A stretch of DNA of 64,000 nucleotides from Octopus sinensis (GCF_006345805.1 NC_042999.1:59706001-59770000); one strand, 5' to 3'; numbered from the stretch's first letter, positions 38,724-51,902 are shown. The notes: a model not told the origin generated them from the sequence alone. A program made the numbers and translations.

Positions 38724-38780
38724 TATTATTATATTATATTATTATATTATTACTAATTATTATCATTATTGTTATTATCT
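38300..38780. repeat. Long compound (ATT/ATC)n microsatellite
   Basis: Directly visible trinucleotide mosaic. It is the source of the poly-I, poly-L and poly-Y pseudo-ORFs. Confidence 0.95.
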
Positions 38781-38965
38781 GTAAATCGGAAAGAGCTAAA
38801 CTGGGAAATAATTTAGTGATTAAATGGGTTACACACACAAACACACACGCACGCACATACACACACATACACGCGCGCACACCCACACACAGTACAGACA
38901 CAGTACAGAAGGACATACATAATATACACACGCATACATACGCACGCGTGCGGCACATATATATG

Positions 38966-39001
<36 letters not shown>

Positions 39002-39171
39002 CACACACACATTTGCATACAATTGTATATATACATGCACACGTATATACATTATTTTCCTTATATATTTTTTTTATATATATATATATATATATACATA
39101 TACATGTGTGTGTGTTTAAATTCATATGTGTATATATCTGTATGTCTATACGTATGTACTTGTGTGTGCGC

Positions 39172-39202
<31 letters not shown>

Positions 39203-39902
39203 CATGTAGTTGTGTGCGTGTAAGTATGTGTGTGTGAATATATATATATATATACATATACATGTGTGTGTGTGTTTAAATTCATATGTGTATATGTGTG
39301 TATGTCTAAACGTATGTACATGTGTGTGCGCGTATATATGCATATCTAATATGCATTTCTGTGTATTTATTATTTTTTTTTGCACTGAGTGTGTTTTGAG
39401 TGTGTTTGTGTGCAATTCCACTCACCTCTACACCTACCCTACATACAAAAAAAGTAATAATATAAAAGAATAAAAGCAAAACAAATAATAACCAAATATA
39501 TCTTATAGCTAACGACAATAATGTAATTTCGCTGTGTATAATTATTTTCAATTTTCATTTTGTCTCGAATTCTTTTATACAAATATTTCATTTCTCTAAT
39601 AATGATCTCTTCTTGTTTTGGTTCTATAACATTTTGTCAAAATGTCTGTGTGCATGTGTGTATTTGCGTGTGTGTGTGGAAAGTGGGGGTGGAGGTTGCG
39701 CTAGATTAATTGGTATAAAATAAACTTGGAATAATTTCATGCCGTTTAAAAGCGGTAAAATAAATTTCTTTTGTCCTGTATTTCCGCAAATTATTTCTAA
39801 ATATTTAATTGCAGTCTTTCGAGATATGTTATCCAGTTAACATGATCGCATTCATTCATTCATACATACATACATACATACATACATACATACATACATA
39901 CA

Positions 39903-39935
<33 letters not shown>

Positions 39936-40199
39936 GTGTGTATATGTGTGTGCGTTGCTATATGTATGTATGTATGTACGCATGTAGTATAAAAATTCTT
40001 GAAGGCGGTGCCCCAGCATGGCCACAATATGACTGAAAGCAGTAAAAATGAAAGATATATCTATCTATCTATCTATCTCTCTATCTATCTATCTATATAT
40101 CTATATATATTATATAGATATATATAATATATATATAATATTATATATTTGACCCCATCACACTCACACACACACAAACAGATATATATATATATATAC

Positions 40200-40360
40200 A
40201 TACACATATATAGGGGAGAATTCACAAAAAAAATAACAACAAAAGACAGACAGGTGGTGTAGACAACAGACAGATGTATTAGTATAATGCTCGGAAGCGA
40301 AAAAGTCTTTAACATTTCGAGTCTACGCTCTTCCACAGACAGAAATTAGGAGAGAAAATA
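40200..40360 (-). mobile_element. Penelope-like short repeat with hammerhead-like motif
   Basis: Minus strand CTGTGGA-A-GAGCGTAGACTC-GAAAT-GTT-AAAGAC at ~40305-40340. Confidence 0.6.
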
Positions 40361-40734
40361 GAATGTGCAGTGGCTATATATATAATATTATATATATATA
40401 TATTCACCGATAAAATTTCCAAATTTTACCGGTGATTGTGTTAAATAATAAGGCACTAAAAGAGAATGACTCTCCCCAGACACTACAGAATATACTTCAA
40501 CACACGAACTCATATAAAGAATCTTGCAAACCAAATCCAAAAACGAAATATATATATATATATATATAATTATTAGTATTTCTAAATCTCTCAAAGCGAG
40601 ACATTCAGTAACAGTTCTTTATAGTAAAATTTATTTGCCAATATAATGTGGCTGTCCTATAAGGGGCGATGTTACTGTTGTTTTAGCACCAAGAAATATC
40701 GTTTCTAGCTGGTTATACGACACACTATCTGTGG

Positions 40735-41281
40735 ACACCTTGGGTAAGTGTCTTCTACTGTAGCCTCGAGCCGACGAAATCCTTGTGAGTGGATTTGGTA
40801 GACGGAAACTGAAAGAAGCACGTCGTATATATATATATATAATATATTTATATTTATATGTGTGTGTGTTTGTGTGTCTGTGTTTGTCTCCCCCCCCCCC
40901 AACATCACTTGATAACCGATGTTGGTGTGTTTACATTCACGTAACTTAGCGGCTCGGCAAAAGAGACCGATTGAATAAGTACTAGGCTTCCAAAGAATAA
41001 GTACTCGGATCGATTTGCTCGACTAAAGGCGGTTGTCAAGCGATGTTGGGGGGACAAACACAAACACAAACACAAATACATATACACACACACATACATA
41101 TATATATACATACAGACATACATATATACGACGGGCTTCTTTCAGTTTCCGTCTACCGAATCCACTCACAAGGCTTTGGTCGGCCCGAGGCTGTAGTAGA
41201 AGACACTTGCCCAAGGTGCCACGCAGTGGGACTGAACCCGGAACCATGTGGTTCGTAAGCAAGCTACTTACCACACAGCCA
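40735..41281. mobile_element. Tail-to-tail fusion of two SINE-C copies (forward truncated copy plus reverse 5' half)
   Basis: The forward copy ends CTAAAGGCGG and joins TTGTCAAGCG of a reverse copy at ~41030 through a CGGT microhomology. Confidence 0.85.
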
Positions 41282-41648
41282 ATAATAATAATAATAATGA
41301 TGATGTTGCTGCTGATGATGATGATCTTTATTTGCACGGTTTGCCTCTGGTGATGAATTTGCCGTTAAATGAGAGAGAATTTCTTCTCGGTCAAACACAG
41401 TTGAAGAAGCTACATATTTGGTTTTTTAATTTAAAATTTAAAAAAAACAACTTTTTTTCTAATATAAAATCTTAATTGGGCATAAGGTTCCAAAACTTTC
41501 CTGGAGGGGAACACCTTCTTCACTACACTCTTCTCCATCTTCAAGTAGATCTTGAAGAGGTTGGTTAGTACTAGACCGAAGTGGAAAAGTGTTTGTTCTT
41601 ATGTTGATGACGGTAGCGTTTATAATGACAGTTGCTGTTGATGATGAT

Positions 41649-41679
<31 letters not shown>

Positions 41680-42173
41680 AATTGACGATTAGGGTGAGTG
41701 TTAGCATAATGATGTTGACGACGACGACGACGACAATGCTGCTGCTGATGATGATGATGAAGACGAAAGTTACAAAAACGATAATCATGATGGTGGTGAT
41801 CATCGTAATGATGATTTTCATCATGTTTTATGCTAGGTCAGCTGCTGCTGCTGATGATGATGATTATGATGAAGAGAGTCATCATCCTCTTCTTTCTCTT
41901 TCTGATCATTATGATCTGTTTTTAGCGCCAGATCAGCTTTGATCAAGCAGATTTTCGATCAAATTTGGTCTGACGGTAACTGTCGCCATCTTGGCTTCTT
42001 TTCTTTTTGAAACGCATCTGAGACATATCTATTGCGTTGTGAAATGTGACCTTCGCTTTTTAAGGCAAATTAGGATGCGATTTGGCTGCTATATTTAGAT
42101 TTTGGCTGCTATATTTAGCAGATAAATGAAACTGCGTTGAGAAACCATTGTGAAGCTCGTTGATAATAATAAC

Positions 42174-42233
<60 letters not shown>

Positions 42234-42246
42234 TATGATAATAATA

Positions 42247-42655
42247 ATAGTCAGAGATCATGAAGGAAAAAAATGCTTTCTAATTGATGTATCAATACCG
42301 GCAGATGACAACGTGTCTCTAAAAGAAATGGAGAAACTCTCAAAGTACAAAGACCTGGAAATAGAGGTAACCAGAATGTGGAATCTGAAAACAGAAACAT
42401 TCCCTATCATAGTAGGTGCATTAGGCATGATAAAAAACATTCAGACAAATACATAACAAAAACACCAGGACTTACAACAAACACATATAACATACAGAAA
42501 ATTGCACTACTAGACACTGCACACATCCTACGCAGAACACTTTCAATACAATAACCATCAGAGCATCACAACAAATCACAGCACATACCCAAGGTACACA
42601 GAGCTGCGCTTGGTAGTGAAGTGAAAGCACGCTATAAAAATAAAACTACTGAATA
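42247..42655 (+). mobile_element. 5'-truncated R4/Dong-type LINE (restriction-like endonuclease C-terminus and 3' UTR) in (AAT)n
   Basis: VRDHEGKKCFLIDVSIPADDNVSLKEMEKLSKYKDLEIEVTRMWNLKTETFPIIVGALG, then (frameshifted) IQKIALLDTAHILRRTLSIQ*. (AAT)n lies on both sides, the known Dong target. Confidence 0.88.
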
Positions 42656-42967
42656 ATAATAATAATAATGATAATAATGATAATGAGGAGAATGAAGACA
42701 ACGATGACAACGATGATGACGACGACGAGGGCAGCGACGCCGAAAACGTTGATGACGACGACGATAATAGTAATGGCGATGAAGCTAACTTGCTTACTCA
42801 TACATGCAAATTTATATACATACATGCACACGCACACACACATGCACACAAACACACATACATACATACATACATACATACATACATACATACATACATA
42901 CATACATACATACATACATACATAAATATATACATACATACGTACATACATACGTACATACATACTA

Positions 42968-43018
<51 letters not shown>

Positions 43019-43320
43019 ATTCACACATACACACAGACACATAAATAGAAACCAGGAGACAGACAGACATGCATACAAAGTAGACAAACAGACAGACGGG
43101 CAAGTGAAGAAAACATTTCAATAAGCCTAGGGTTATTGATTTTTCTTCTGGGCATTGCTGCAAATCGGAAGTCATTCAACTATAAAAGAATTTCTAGGAG
43201 TAGAGGTCACATTGATCTCCTGCTACGTCACTAACTCTTTACGGCTTCCAACTGATCCACAATCTCCTGGCACACATGTAGTTTTACATACATGCGCAGA
43301 ATGTATATATGTATATATAT

Positions 43321-43491
43321 AGGCGCAGGAGTGGGTGTGTGGTAAGTAGCTTGCTAACCAACCACATGGTTCCGGGTTCAGTCCCACTGCGTGGCATCTT
43401 GGGCAAGTGTCTTCTACAATAGCCTCGGGCCGACCAGAAATCTTATGAGTGGATTTGGTAAACAGAAACTGAAAGAAGCCTGTCGTATATG

Positions 43492-43526
<35 letters not shown>

Positions 43527-43736
43527 TTGTGTGTCTGTGTTTGTCCCCTCCAACATCGCTTGACAACCGATGCTGGTGTGTTTACGTCCCCGTCACTTAG
43601 CGGTTCGGCAAAAGAGACCGATAGAATAAGTACTGGGTTTACAAAGAATAAGTCCCGGGGTCGATTTGCTCGACTAAAGGCGGTGCTCCAGCATGGCCGC
43701 AGTCAAATGACTGAAACAAGTAAAAGAGTAAAGAGT
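43321..43736 (+). mobile_element. SINE family C, full length
   Basis: AGGCGCAGGAGTGG head through GAAACAAGTAAAAGAGTAAAGAG tail. Confidence 0.92.
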
Positions 43737-43737
43737 T

Positions 43738-43772
<35 letters not shown>

Positions 43773-43900
43773 TTATACCCAGCTGTAATAAAAATATTGC
43801 ATTAAACTAAAGGATTACTCCATATTTTTGTAGAGTTCGTATATTTATTTTTCTTTTACAAGAAGAGTGGTGATAGTGACTTCGATGTTTCGTCCTGCTA

Positions 43901-44258
43901 GTTCAAATTCTGAGTTCAAATTCCGCCGAGGTCGACTGTGCCTTTCATCCTTTCGGGGTCGATAAATTAAGTACCAGTTACGTACTGGGGTCGATGTAAT
44001 CGACTTAATCCGTTTGTCTGTCCTTGTTTGTCCCCTCTGTGTTTAGCCCCTTGTGGGTAGTAAAGAAATAGGTATTTCGTCTGCCGTTACGTTCTGAGTT
44101 CAAATTCCGCCGAGGTCGACTTTGCTTTTCATCCTTTCGGGGTCGATAAATTAAGTACCAGTTACGCACTGGGGTCGATGTAATTGACTTAATCCCTTTG
44201 TCTGGCCTTGTTTGTCCCCTCTATGTTTAGCCCCTTGTGGGTAGTAAAGAAATAAATA
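43901..44258 (+). mobile_element. SINE family B dimer, 5'-truncated, with 17-bp TSD
   Basis: 184-bp period. TSD GATGTTTCGTCCTGCTA at 43884-43900 and 44259-44275. Confidence 0.9.
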
Positions 44259-44320
44259 GATGTTTCGTCCTGCTAACCTACTTCAGATTCTCGTATGTTT
44301 GTGCTTGTATTTGTGTGCAT

Positions 44321-44369
<49 letters not shown>

Positions 44370-44804
44370 GGAGAAAGAAAGACAGACAGAGACAGAGATA
44401 GAGAGAGAGAAACGGAGAGACAGAGACAGACAGGCAGATACAGTGTGTGTGTATCATCTTTGCTTTCGACGATAAGGATACACTTGTCCGGTTAGCTGAA
44501 CTCCCTTCTCTTAGAAGTAACATGTCACTGAATACGCCAGAGAATCGTATCGTTTCCATAATTCTCTTGAGGAATTCGCGGGACTCAATGTGTGACAAGA
44601 CTAAACTTCTTTTGAATTAAAAGTTAGAATCCATCCGGCGGGCTTCTACACACTTTCTCTCTACCCGGTTACAGTTACAAGGATTGAGTGAACCAGCAGC
44701 TTTGTTAAAATAAAATCTTTCTCAAAATGTCATCTAGTGAGATGGAACTCGGGATCTTTATACTACATCCACGCACGCGTATATTGTGTGCTTGTTTGTT
44801 TGTT

Positions 44805-44861
<57 letters not shown>

Positions 44862-44927
44862 TGCGTGCGTGTGTGTGTGTGCGCGCGTGCGTGCGTGTGA
44901 TTGTTGCTGTTTGTATATAAACTCCAA

Positions 44928-45090
44928 AAGGCGGTGAGCTGGCAGAATCGTTAGCACGTCGGGATAATTGCTTGGCGGCATTTCGTCTGTCTTTATGTTC
45001 TGAGTTCAATGCCCACTGTGGTTGATTTTGTCTTTCGGGACAGATAAAATAAGTACTAGTCGAGGACTGAGGTCGACGTAATCCCCTTGG
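44928..45090 (+). mobile_element. SINE family B, diverged monomer
   Basis: AAGGCGGTGAGCTGGCAGAATCGTTAGCACG head. Confidence 0.75.
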
Positions 45091-46079
45091 AACTGACAAA
45101 ATATTGTAATAGGCAAGTTCTTGTGTCGATTTAATTGAGACCTCTCCGAAGACCTCTGGCTCTGTGAGTTTTTGAGACAATTATTGTAGTTTTTTATCTC
45201 CAGATCAGCTTTATCCGAGCCTTAATCAGTTACCTACTTACATCTTCCAGTTTTAAGACAGAAAATGGCAGGTGGTAGTGTATTAGCTACCACCAGTAAT
45301 ATCTTCCTATCATGACCGTGCATCATCCATGTTCGTGCTCAGACAGCATGGACAGTTAAACCTACAACGAGCACAGACAAATAGTCAGGTTGGTTAAGTT
45401 TTCATTCAGTAGTGAATCAACAATAGATGAATGAATAGGAATATTATGATATATGGGTGACTTAGTCGTTATTTTTTGCAGGTCTAACAACCATATAGAC
45501 CAGGCATGAAGAACTTTTTGCGAAAAGTAGGCTGTATGAGATGTGACTCATCATCAGGCGGGTCACACAACTAACAAAATTTTAGGTAATTTTTCATTAG
45601 GTATGCCAATCAGAAAGTTCTTCGGGCCGCAGTCTGTTCATGACTAGTATAGAGTTATGGACAGAGGAAGCTTCTGGTCTCAGTGCATGGTTTTGTGTGT
45701 GACATGTTTGTGTGCGCACGCGGTATACATTTGTGCGTGTGCATACACACGTGAAGAACACCCACGTTTCATGTTGGTATGTTTGATTGAAAAGCAAAGA
45801 TTAATATTAACAGTAGTAATATGTAGTTTCACTGTGTGTGTGTGTGTAACTACACATGTATATGTGTTCGTGTGTTTGTGTATGTGTGTGTGTCTGTTTG
45901 CGCACGTAAATGAGAGTGGCCTTTACGTGTGATGAGGTTATTGATTTTCTTTCTAAAAATCTTCAAAATTTAATAAAGCCAGATGAGAGCAGGCGGATGG
46001 ATACATAGCTTTGGGCACTATTTGTAAATACGACAATAGTTTTCTCTAAGTCAGTACTGACCGTGCATAACAATTAATT

Positions 46080-46465
46080 GCTGCGGGGAGAAAGACTGGG
46101 ACAGAGAAAGAGTAAGAGTAAGAGAGGGGTGAAGGAAAGAGAGACAGAAGGAGGTTTTGACCGAGAAAGAGAAAGAAGGGGAAGAAAGAGAGTCGTTTTT
46201 AGAAAGTTAAAAAGAAAAGGAGAAGAATGTAAGAGGGGTGGAAAATAATTGAGAATAAGAGAGAAGATAGGCAAGAAGAGAAAGAGAGAGTACAGGAGTG
46301 AGAGGCTGGACGAAGGAAGATATAAAGAAAGAGAGCAGATATAAAGACAGGAACAGAGGACTTTCTAGAGAGTTAAAAACAAAACAAAACAAGAGGAGGT
46401 AAGAGCGATGGAAAATGATTGAGAGAGAATGAGATGGTAGGGAAGGAGGAAACATAATGGAAACG

Positions 46466-46527
<62 letters not shown>

Positions 46528-46870
46528 GTATTTATATGTGTGTGTGTAGAGCGAGTGAGAGAGAGGTGGCGAGCGACAACGAAAAAATATACCTAGAAGG
46601 TAAAAAAAAAAACACGCCAGTGGAAGAGGGAAAGTAACGGGAAAGGAATAACAGTGAGATAGCTAGAAGGGAAAAGAGAAAGAAGGGAAAAGTGAGCGGG
46701 TGTGGAAGACAAAGGGAGAAAGAGAAAAGGTGAGGGTTAAAAACATGTAGTAAGAGAAGGAGAGAGGAATATAGAAAGAAGATGTGAGGTCGGAGGCAGA
46801 AATAGCAACGGAGAGAAATGGAGAGAATGAGAGAAAGGTGGGAGCAGATAGATACTGAGGAGTAAAACCA
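46080..46870. repeat. Purine-rich (GA) low-complexity tract
   Basis: Almost all A/G on the + strand, interrupted once by (TA)n(TG)n. Confidence 0.85.
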
Positions 46871-48290
46871 TAAACCTGTTGGTTTTCTATTTGCTATAGG
46901 GTTGAGTTTTATTAAGAACAACGTAATATTAATTAATTTAGACGTTAGTTCAAAATGGAGATCAAGACTTGGGTAGCTTTTTTTCCTTTTTTTTCTCTGG
47001 TAGAGAACGTAAAGGGACATAATCGAATATTGCACGACATAGAAGGTCCAGCTTGGTTTGCTTGCTTAGAGGTAAGCAACCGGCAGATTGCTGGTTCACT
47101 ACGTCCGCGAAACTCGGTAGGAATAAATGTTGTAAATATTTTTGTTCAATGTGTATGTGTGTGTTTGTATTTAACCTTTTAGTTGTTTCTGTCATTAGGC
47201 TGCGGCCATGCTGGGGCACCGTCATGAAGGGTTTTAGTTGAACAAATCGACACGAGCACTGACATTCTTTCAAAGTCTGGTACTCATTCTATCTGTCTCT
47301 TTCGACTACTTATACCGAAAGATTGCCCCCCCCCCCCCAGTATCTCCTAAGTCTTTTAAAACAGTAAGGTTTTATACGAGGGGCATTTAGTTGTTATTTC
47401 TAACATGTTGGCCGTCTGCGTAGAACAGGCATTGGGAACAACCATTTCAGGACCGGAAACGAACAGCAAATACAAATACAAACGATAAAAAAATTTTCAT
47501 GGAATCTGGACTGAGAAAATAACGAATCGTTTAAAATTTTATAGTTATGCACGCCATTATATTAAGCACTTTTAATTAAAATGTTATTTGTATTCCTGGG
47601 GTGTAGTTGTCAGGCAAGTGATTTGATCTGAGATCGTACGGTGAAACTAAAACGATTGCAACGTGAAAGACACATATCAGCCATTCAAAATAACACACAA
47701 AGGCTATTAACACCAGTAATAAATGTTTAAGTGAAGTTAATAGCCCTTGTGTGTTTCTGAATGGTTTATATACATTAATTAACGAGCAAAATTTTTCCTG
47801 ATCTGCTGGGAGAAGTCTTCCTTCTTGGTATGTAGACTCCCTCGTGTGTTCACCGAAGGAACTCTATGACATAGTACGATACGTTTAAATAAATTTGAAA
47901 CATTATCTTTTAAATTTAAAAACTAAATATGATTAATTAAAAGTTATTTTCTCTCGACATTTTCTAACAATGATTGTAAAAGAATTAATAACGATCTAAA
48001 TTGTCTCATTATGAGAAAGAAGTTACAGGAAACATATTTTGTCACTCGGTAAATAGTTTATCTAAAGATTTAGTGTACCATGGAGTTACCGTCTCTGTGC
48101 ATGTGTACGTGCGTGCATGCGTATGTGAGTGTGTATGTGTTTGTTGTTGCTGTTAAAATAATTTTGCGTAGTATTATATGATAAGACACTTTGATGATAA
48201 ATTTGTTAATAGCTACAGCCTATCCCAAGTGTTTACTAACGGCTGACATACATGACACACACACACACACACATATATATATTCCACACA

Positions 48291-48640
48291 CGCCAGCTTA
48301 ATTTAATTCGTCCTTAGTCGAAAGACACCTGTTGTTATGTCCTTTTATTATTTTTATTGTATTTTTATAGTATTTGTGTAACATTGTCAGTTTTTTTTCG
48401 TCCTTGTTTTTGTATACATTCGCTGCTTTCTTCCAAGGAATCTAATGCTCTTAGCTTAGTTTTTCCTTCGGGCTGGCCAGATTGGAGCAATCTCGAATAT
48501 AACCAGCCGGAATTGCAAAGATAATCTGGAACTCGACTGAAGAAAGAAAACTCCAAAATGATCCATCCTTGTTTTCATTGTATCGTCTATCTGGATGTTT
48601 TTTTAGTCCCTTTTTTGTATCACCTAACTGTGTGGATGTT
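48291..48640 (-). repeat. Interspersed repeat with an inverted relative at ~52900-53275 (possibly Penelope-derived)
   Basis: The two loci share ATAACAACAGGTGTCTTTCGAC...AGCTGGCG and CTAAGCTAA-AGCA...TTGGAAGAA-GCA in opposite orientation. Confidence 0.6.
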
Positions 48641-48661
48641 TTGCGTTCTTGTCCCATTTTG

Positions 48662-48734
<73 letters not shown>

Positions 48735-48889
48735 TACTAAAGAGCTATAGGCCTCAGATTTATAATTAAGATTTTAAATATACATTACATGATACTTGTA
48801 TCTTGTATGGAAATTAATCTAGTTATATATATAATTCAACATGTGCAACCGTCAATTCAAATACAATTTTTTTATCACTTCCCATTTCC

Positions 48890-49010
48890 CCCTTCTCTCT
48901 CCGGCTGTTTTCGACACTCATCTTTTCTGTAGAAGGACGCAGGCTCGAAACGTCAAACTAAAACACCTTATGGTTGTTCTTCGCCTTTCTCTGTCTTTCG
49001 CTTTTTGATT
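48890..49010 (+). mobile_element. Penelope-like short repeat with degenerate hammerhead-like motif
   Basis: TTTT-CTGTAGA-A-GGACGCAGGCTC-GAAAC-GTC-AAA at ~48923-48957. Confidence 0.5.
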
Positions 49011-49344
49011 CATTTTGAACCACACAACACAACACACACATACACACACAACACACACACACACACACACACACACATCTACAATCGTTTCTATTATAGG
49101 CACTAGGCCTAAGATTTGTAGGATGGGGTATGATGAGGTTAGTCGATTACATCGAGCCCAGTGGTCTGCTGGTACATACTTTATCGACTCCGAAAGGCAT
49201 TTTGTTCGGCGTGTTAACAATTTTGAAGCTCGACGCCTTATACATGCACATATATAATATAGATGTGTGTGTATGCGCGCGCGCGCGGGCATATATATCT
49301 TCCGGTCATTTCAGCCATGTAATGACAAACGTGCTGTTGGTGGT

Positions 49345-49500
49345 ATGTTCCTTCTTTGGGCTCTTCCGTTTTCCTTTCTGACGAAGAACTATTCGTGAAA
49401 CGTCAAAAACACTCTCCTTTTCTCACCTTTACCAGGCGTCAAACTTATACATTCTATGTCCACGTCCTCTCGTTGTTTTGTTATTGTTATTAATGTTTCA
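49345..49500 (+). mobile_element. Penelope-like short repeat with canonical-core hammerhead motif
   Basis: TTT-CTGACGA-AGAACTATTCGT-GAAAC-GTC-AAA at 49375-49407. Confidence 0.55.
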
Positions 49501-49511
49501 TTATTTGATTC

Positions 49512-49559
<48 letters not shown>

Positions 49560-49671
49560 TGTGTGTGTGTGTGTGTATACATATGTACATACATGCAAAC
49601 GTTTTATATATACATATGTATGTATATTTACATAGATACATACATACATACATATATATATTATATATATA

Positions 49672-49726
<55 letters not shown>

Positions 49727-49747
49727 TATATATATATAATATATATA

Positions 49748-50133
49748 GAGGAGTGGCTGTGTGGTAAGTAGCTTACTTACGAACCACATTGTTCTGGGTT
49801 CAGTCCCACTGCGTGTCACGTTGGGCAAGTGTCTTCTACTACAGCCTCGGGCCGACCAAAGCCTTGTGAGTGGATTTGGTAGTCGGAAACTGAAAGAAGC
49901 CCGTCGTATAGTGTATATTTAATGTGTGTTTGTGTATATGTTTGTCCCCCCCCCCAACATCGCTTAACAACCGATGCTGGCGTGTTTACGTCCCCGTAAC
50001 TTGGCGGTTCGGCAAAAGAGACCGATAGAATAAGTACTAAGCTTACAAAGGGTAAGTCCTGGGGTTGATTTGCTCGACTAAAGGCGATGCTCCAGCATGG
50101 TGACAGTCAAATGACTGAAACAAGTAAAAGAGT
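49748..50133 (+). mobile_element. SINE family C, full length
   Basis: Complete family-C consensus. Confidence 0.9.
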
Positions 50134-50379
50134 GTGTGTGTGTGTGTGTGTGCTTGCACTGTTCTGCTATTCATTATCATGAAGAATGCACATGTGTGTA
50201 CTCGAGATGACATGTTCTATACCTTATTTATTAGTTCACCTACCACCAGGGACTCGCACGTGTTTTTTCCAGTTAAACACCTTGCTAAGGAAAACCGTAA
50301 TTAATTTAATTCTCCGATAAAACATATTGAGACTCGCTCTAAATTAGCTGTTATAGTAGTAAATTTGACAAAATAAAAA

Positions 50380-50414
<35 letters not shown>

Positions 50415-50771
50415 AATATAAAGCAATAACGGTAAAAAGGAAAAAAGTAAAAGAAAAAAAAAAGGAAACGATGATAAGAATATCCGACTCTTCTGTGTTC
50501 AGACTGTTTTATACGAAGATAAGTGTTGACACAGAAAATATGATGAGAAAACGGTGTAACTATCTTGATGTGAAATTTAATATCAGTTAAATGTGTGTTG
50601 TAAGTGCTTCGGTGTGACTTCAGTGCTTTTGACATCGTGATCTTAAAACTCGTGATAATCTCGAACCTCTTTACGAAGACTTTCGACCTGCTAGAAAATG
50701 CAGTTAACTATGCTTTTTGGATCTCAGTGTTGGTGGAAATTTAGAGCGAAGCAACAGCAACAACAACGTCA

Positions 50772-51486
50772 GTGGAGGCGCAATGGCCCAGTGGTTAGGC
50801 GAGCTGGCAGAAACGTTAGCACGCCGGGCGAAATGCTTTGCGGTATTGCGTCTGCCGTTACGTTCTGAGTTCAAATTCCGCCGAGGTCGACTTTGCCTTT
50901 CATCCTTTCGGGGTCGATAAATTAAAGTACCAGTTACGCACTGGTTCGATGTAATCGACTTAATACCTATGTCTGTCCTTATTTGTCCCTTCTATGTTTA
51001 GCCCCTTGTGGTATATAAAGAAATAGGTTACTCGTGGTCGTAAGAACGCGGTTTCGATTCCCAGACTGGGCATTGTGAGTGTTTATTGAGCAAAAAACAC
51101 CTAAGCTTTACGAGGCTCCGGCGTGGGGTGGTGAGGATGGTGAACCCCTCTGTAGTCTTTCACCACAACTTTCTCTCTCTCTTTCTTCCTACTTCTGCCA
51201 CAAAGCAGAGTAACCATGGTGTAACCCACTGTGGTGTGGTAAACTTTCAGACCCTAGTCTAGATTGCGAATCCTCTGTACACCAGGATGGTCCAGCTCTC
51301 CACCCGTTAAAAGCCACCGTTTACGGAATGAGGATAACAACGTAGCTTTCGCGCCCGTGCAACTGCCAGTCTATCGCGTGTGGTAGGTGGATCTTCAAGT
51401 TGTCACACACATTCTAAGTAGCTTAGAGTAGGCTCGAATTAGAGATTATTCTTTGTGGCTAATGGCGTGAGTCTTGATTAGAAGAA
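50772..51486 (+). mobile_element. Composite: SINE-A with a unique ~300-bp tail (type 4), SINE-B nested in its head, 14-bp TSD
   Basis: TSD CAACAACAACGTCA at 50758-50771 and 51487-51500. The family-B monomer spans ~50798-51025. Confidence 0.85.
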
Positions 51487-51902
51487 CAACAACAACGTCA
51501 TTGCTATAACACATATCTGTTTTTTGTTTTATCTTTCCCTTGTTTCTGTCACTGAAATGCGGCCATGCTGGGGCACGTCGTAGTCGAACATTTTTTTTTT
51601 TGGCTTTTTTTTTTAATCTAGTACTTATTCTGTCATTTGTGTCGAACTGCTATGTTAAAAGGGATGCAAACATACCATCACCGGTTGTCAAACGGTGGGG
51701 GTGAAGCAAACAAAATCAAGATCCCACAACACACACACACCATTTATCGACCTCCGAACCCTTTTGACAAATCGCTGAGTTACAGGGGATGTAAACATAC
51801 CAACCTCGATGATCAAGCAACAATGGAGCACACACACACACACATGCACATACATATGCATGTATATATGTATGTGCTTGTGCATCGACTATATACGTAG
51901 AG

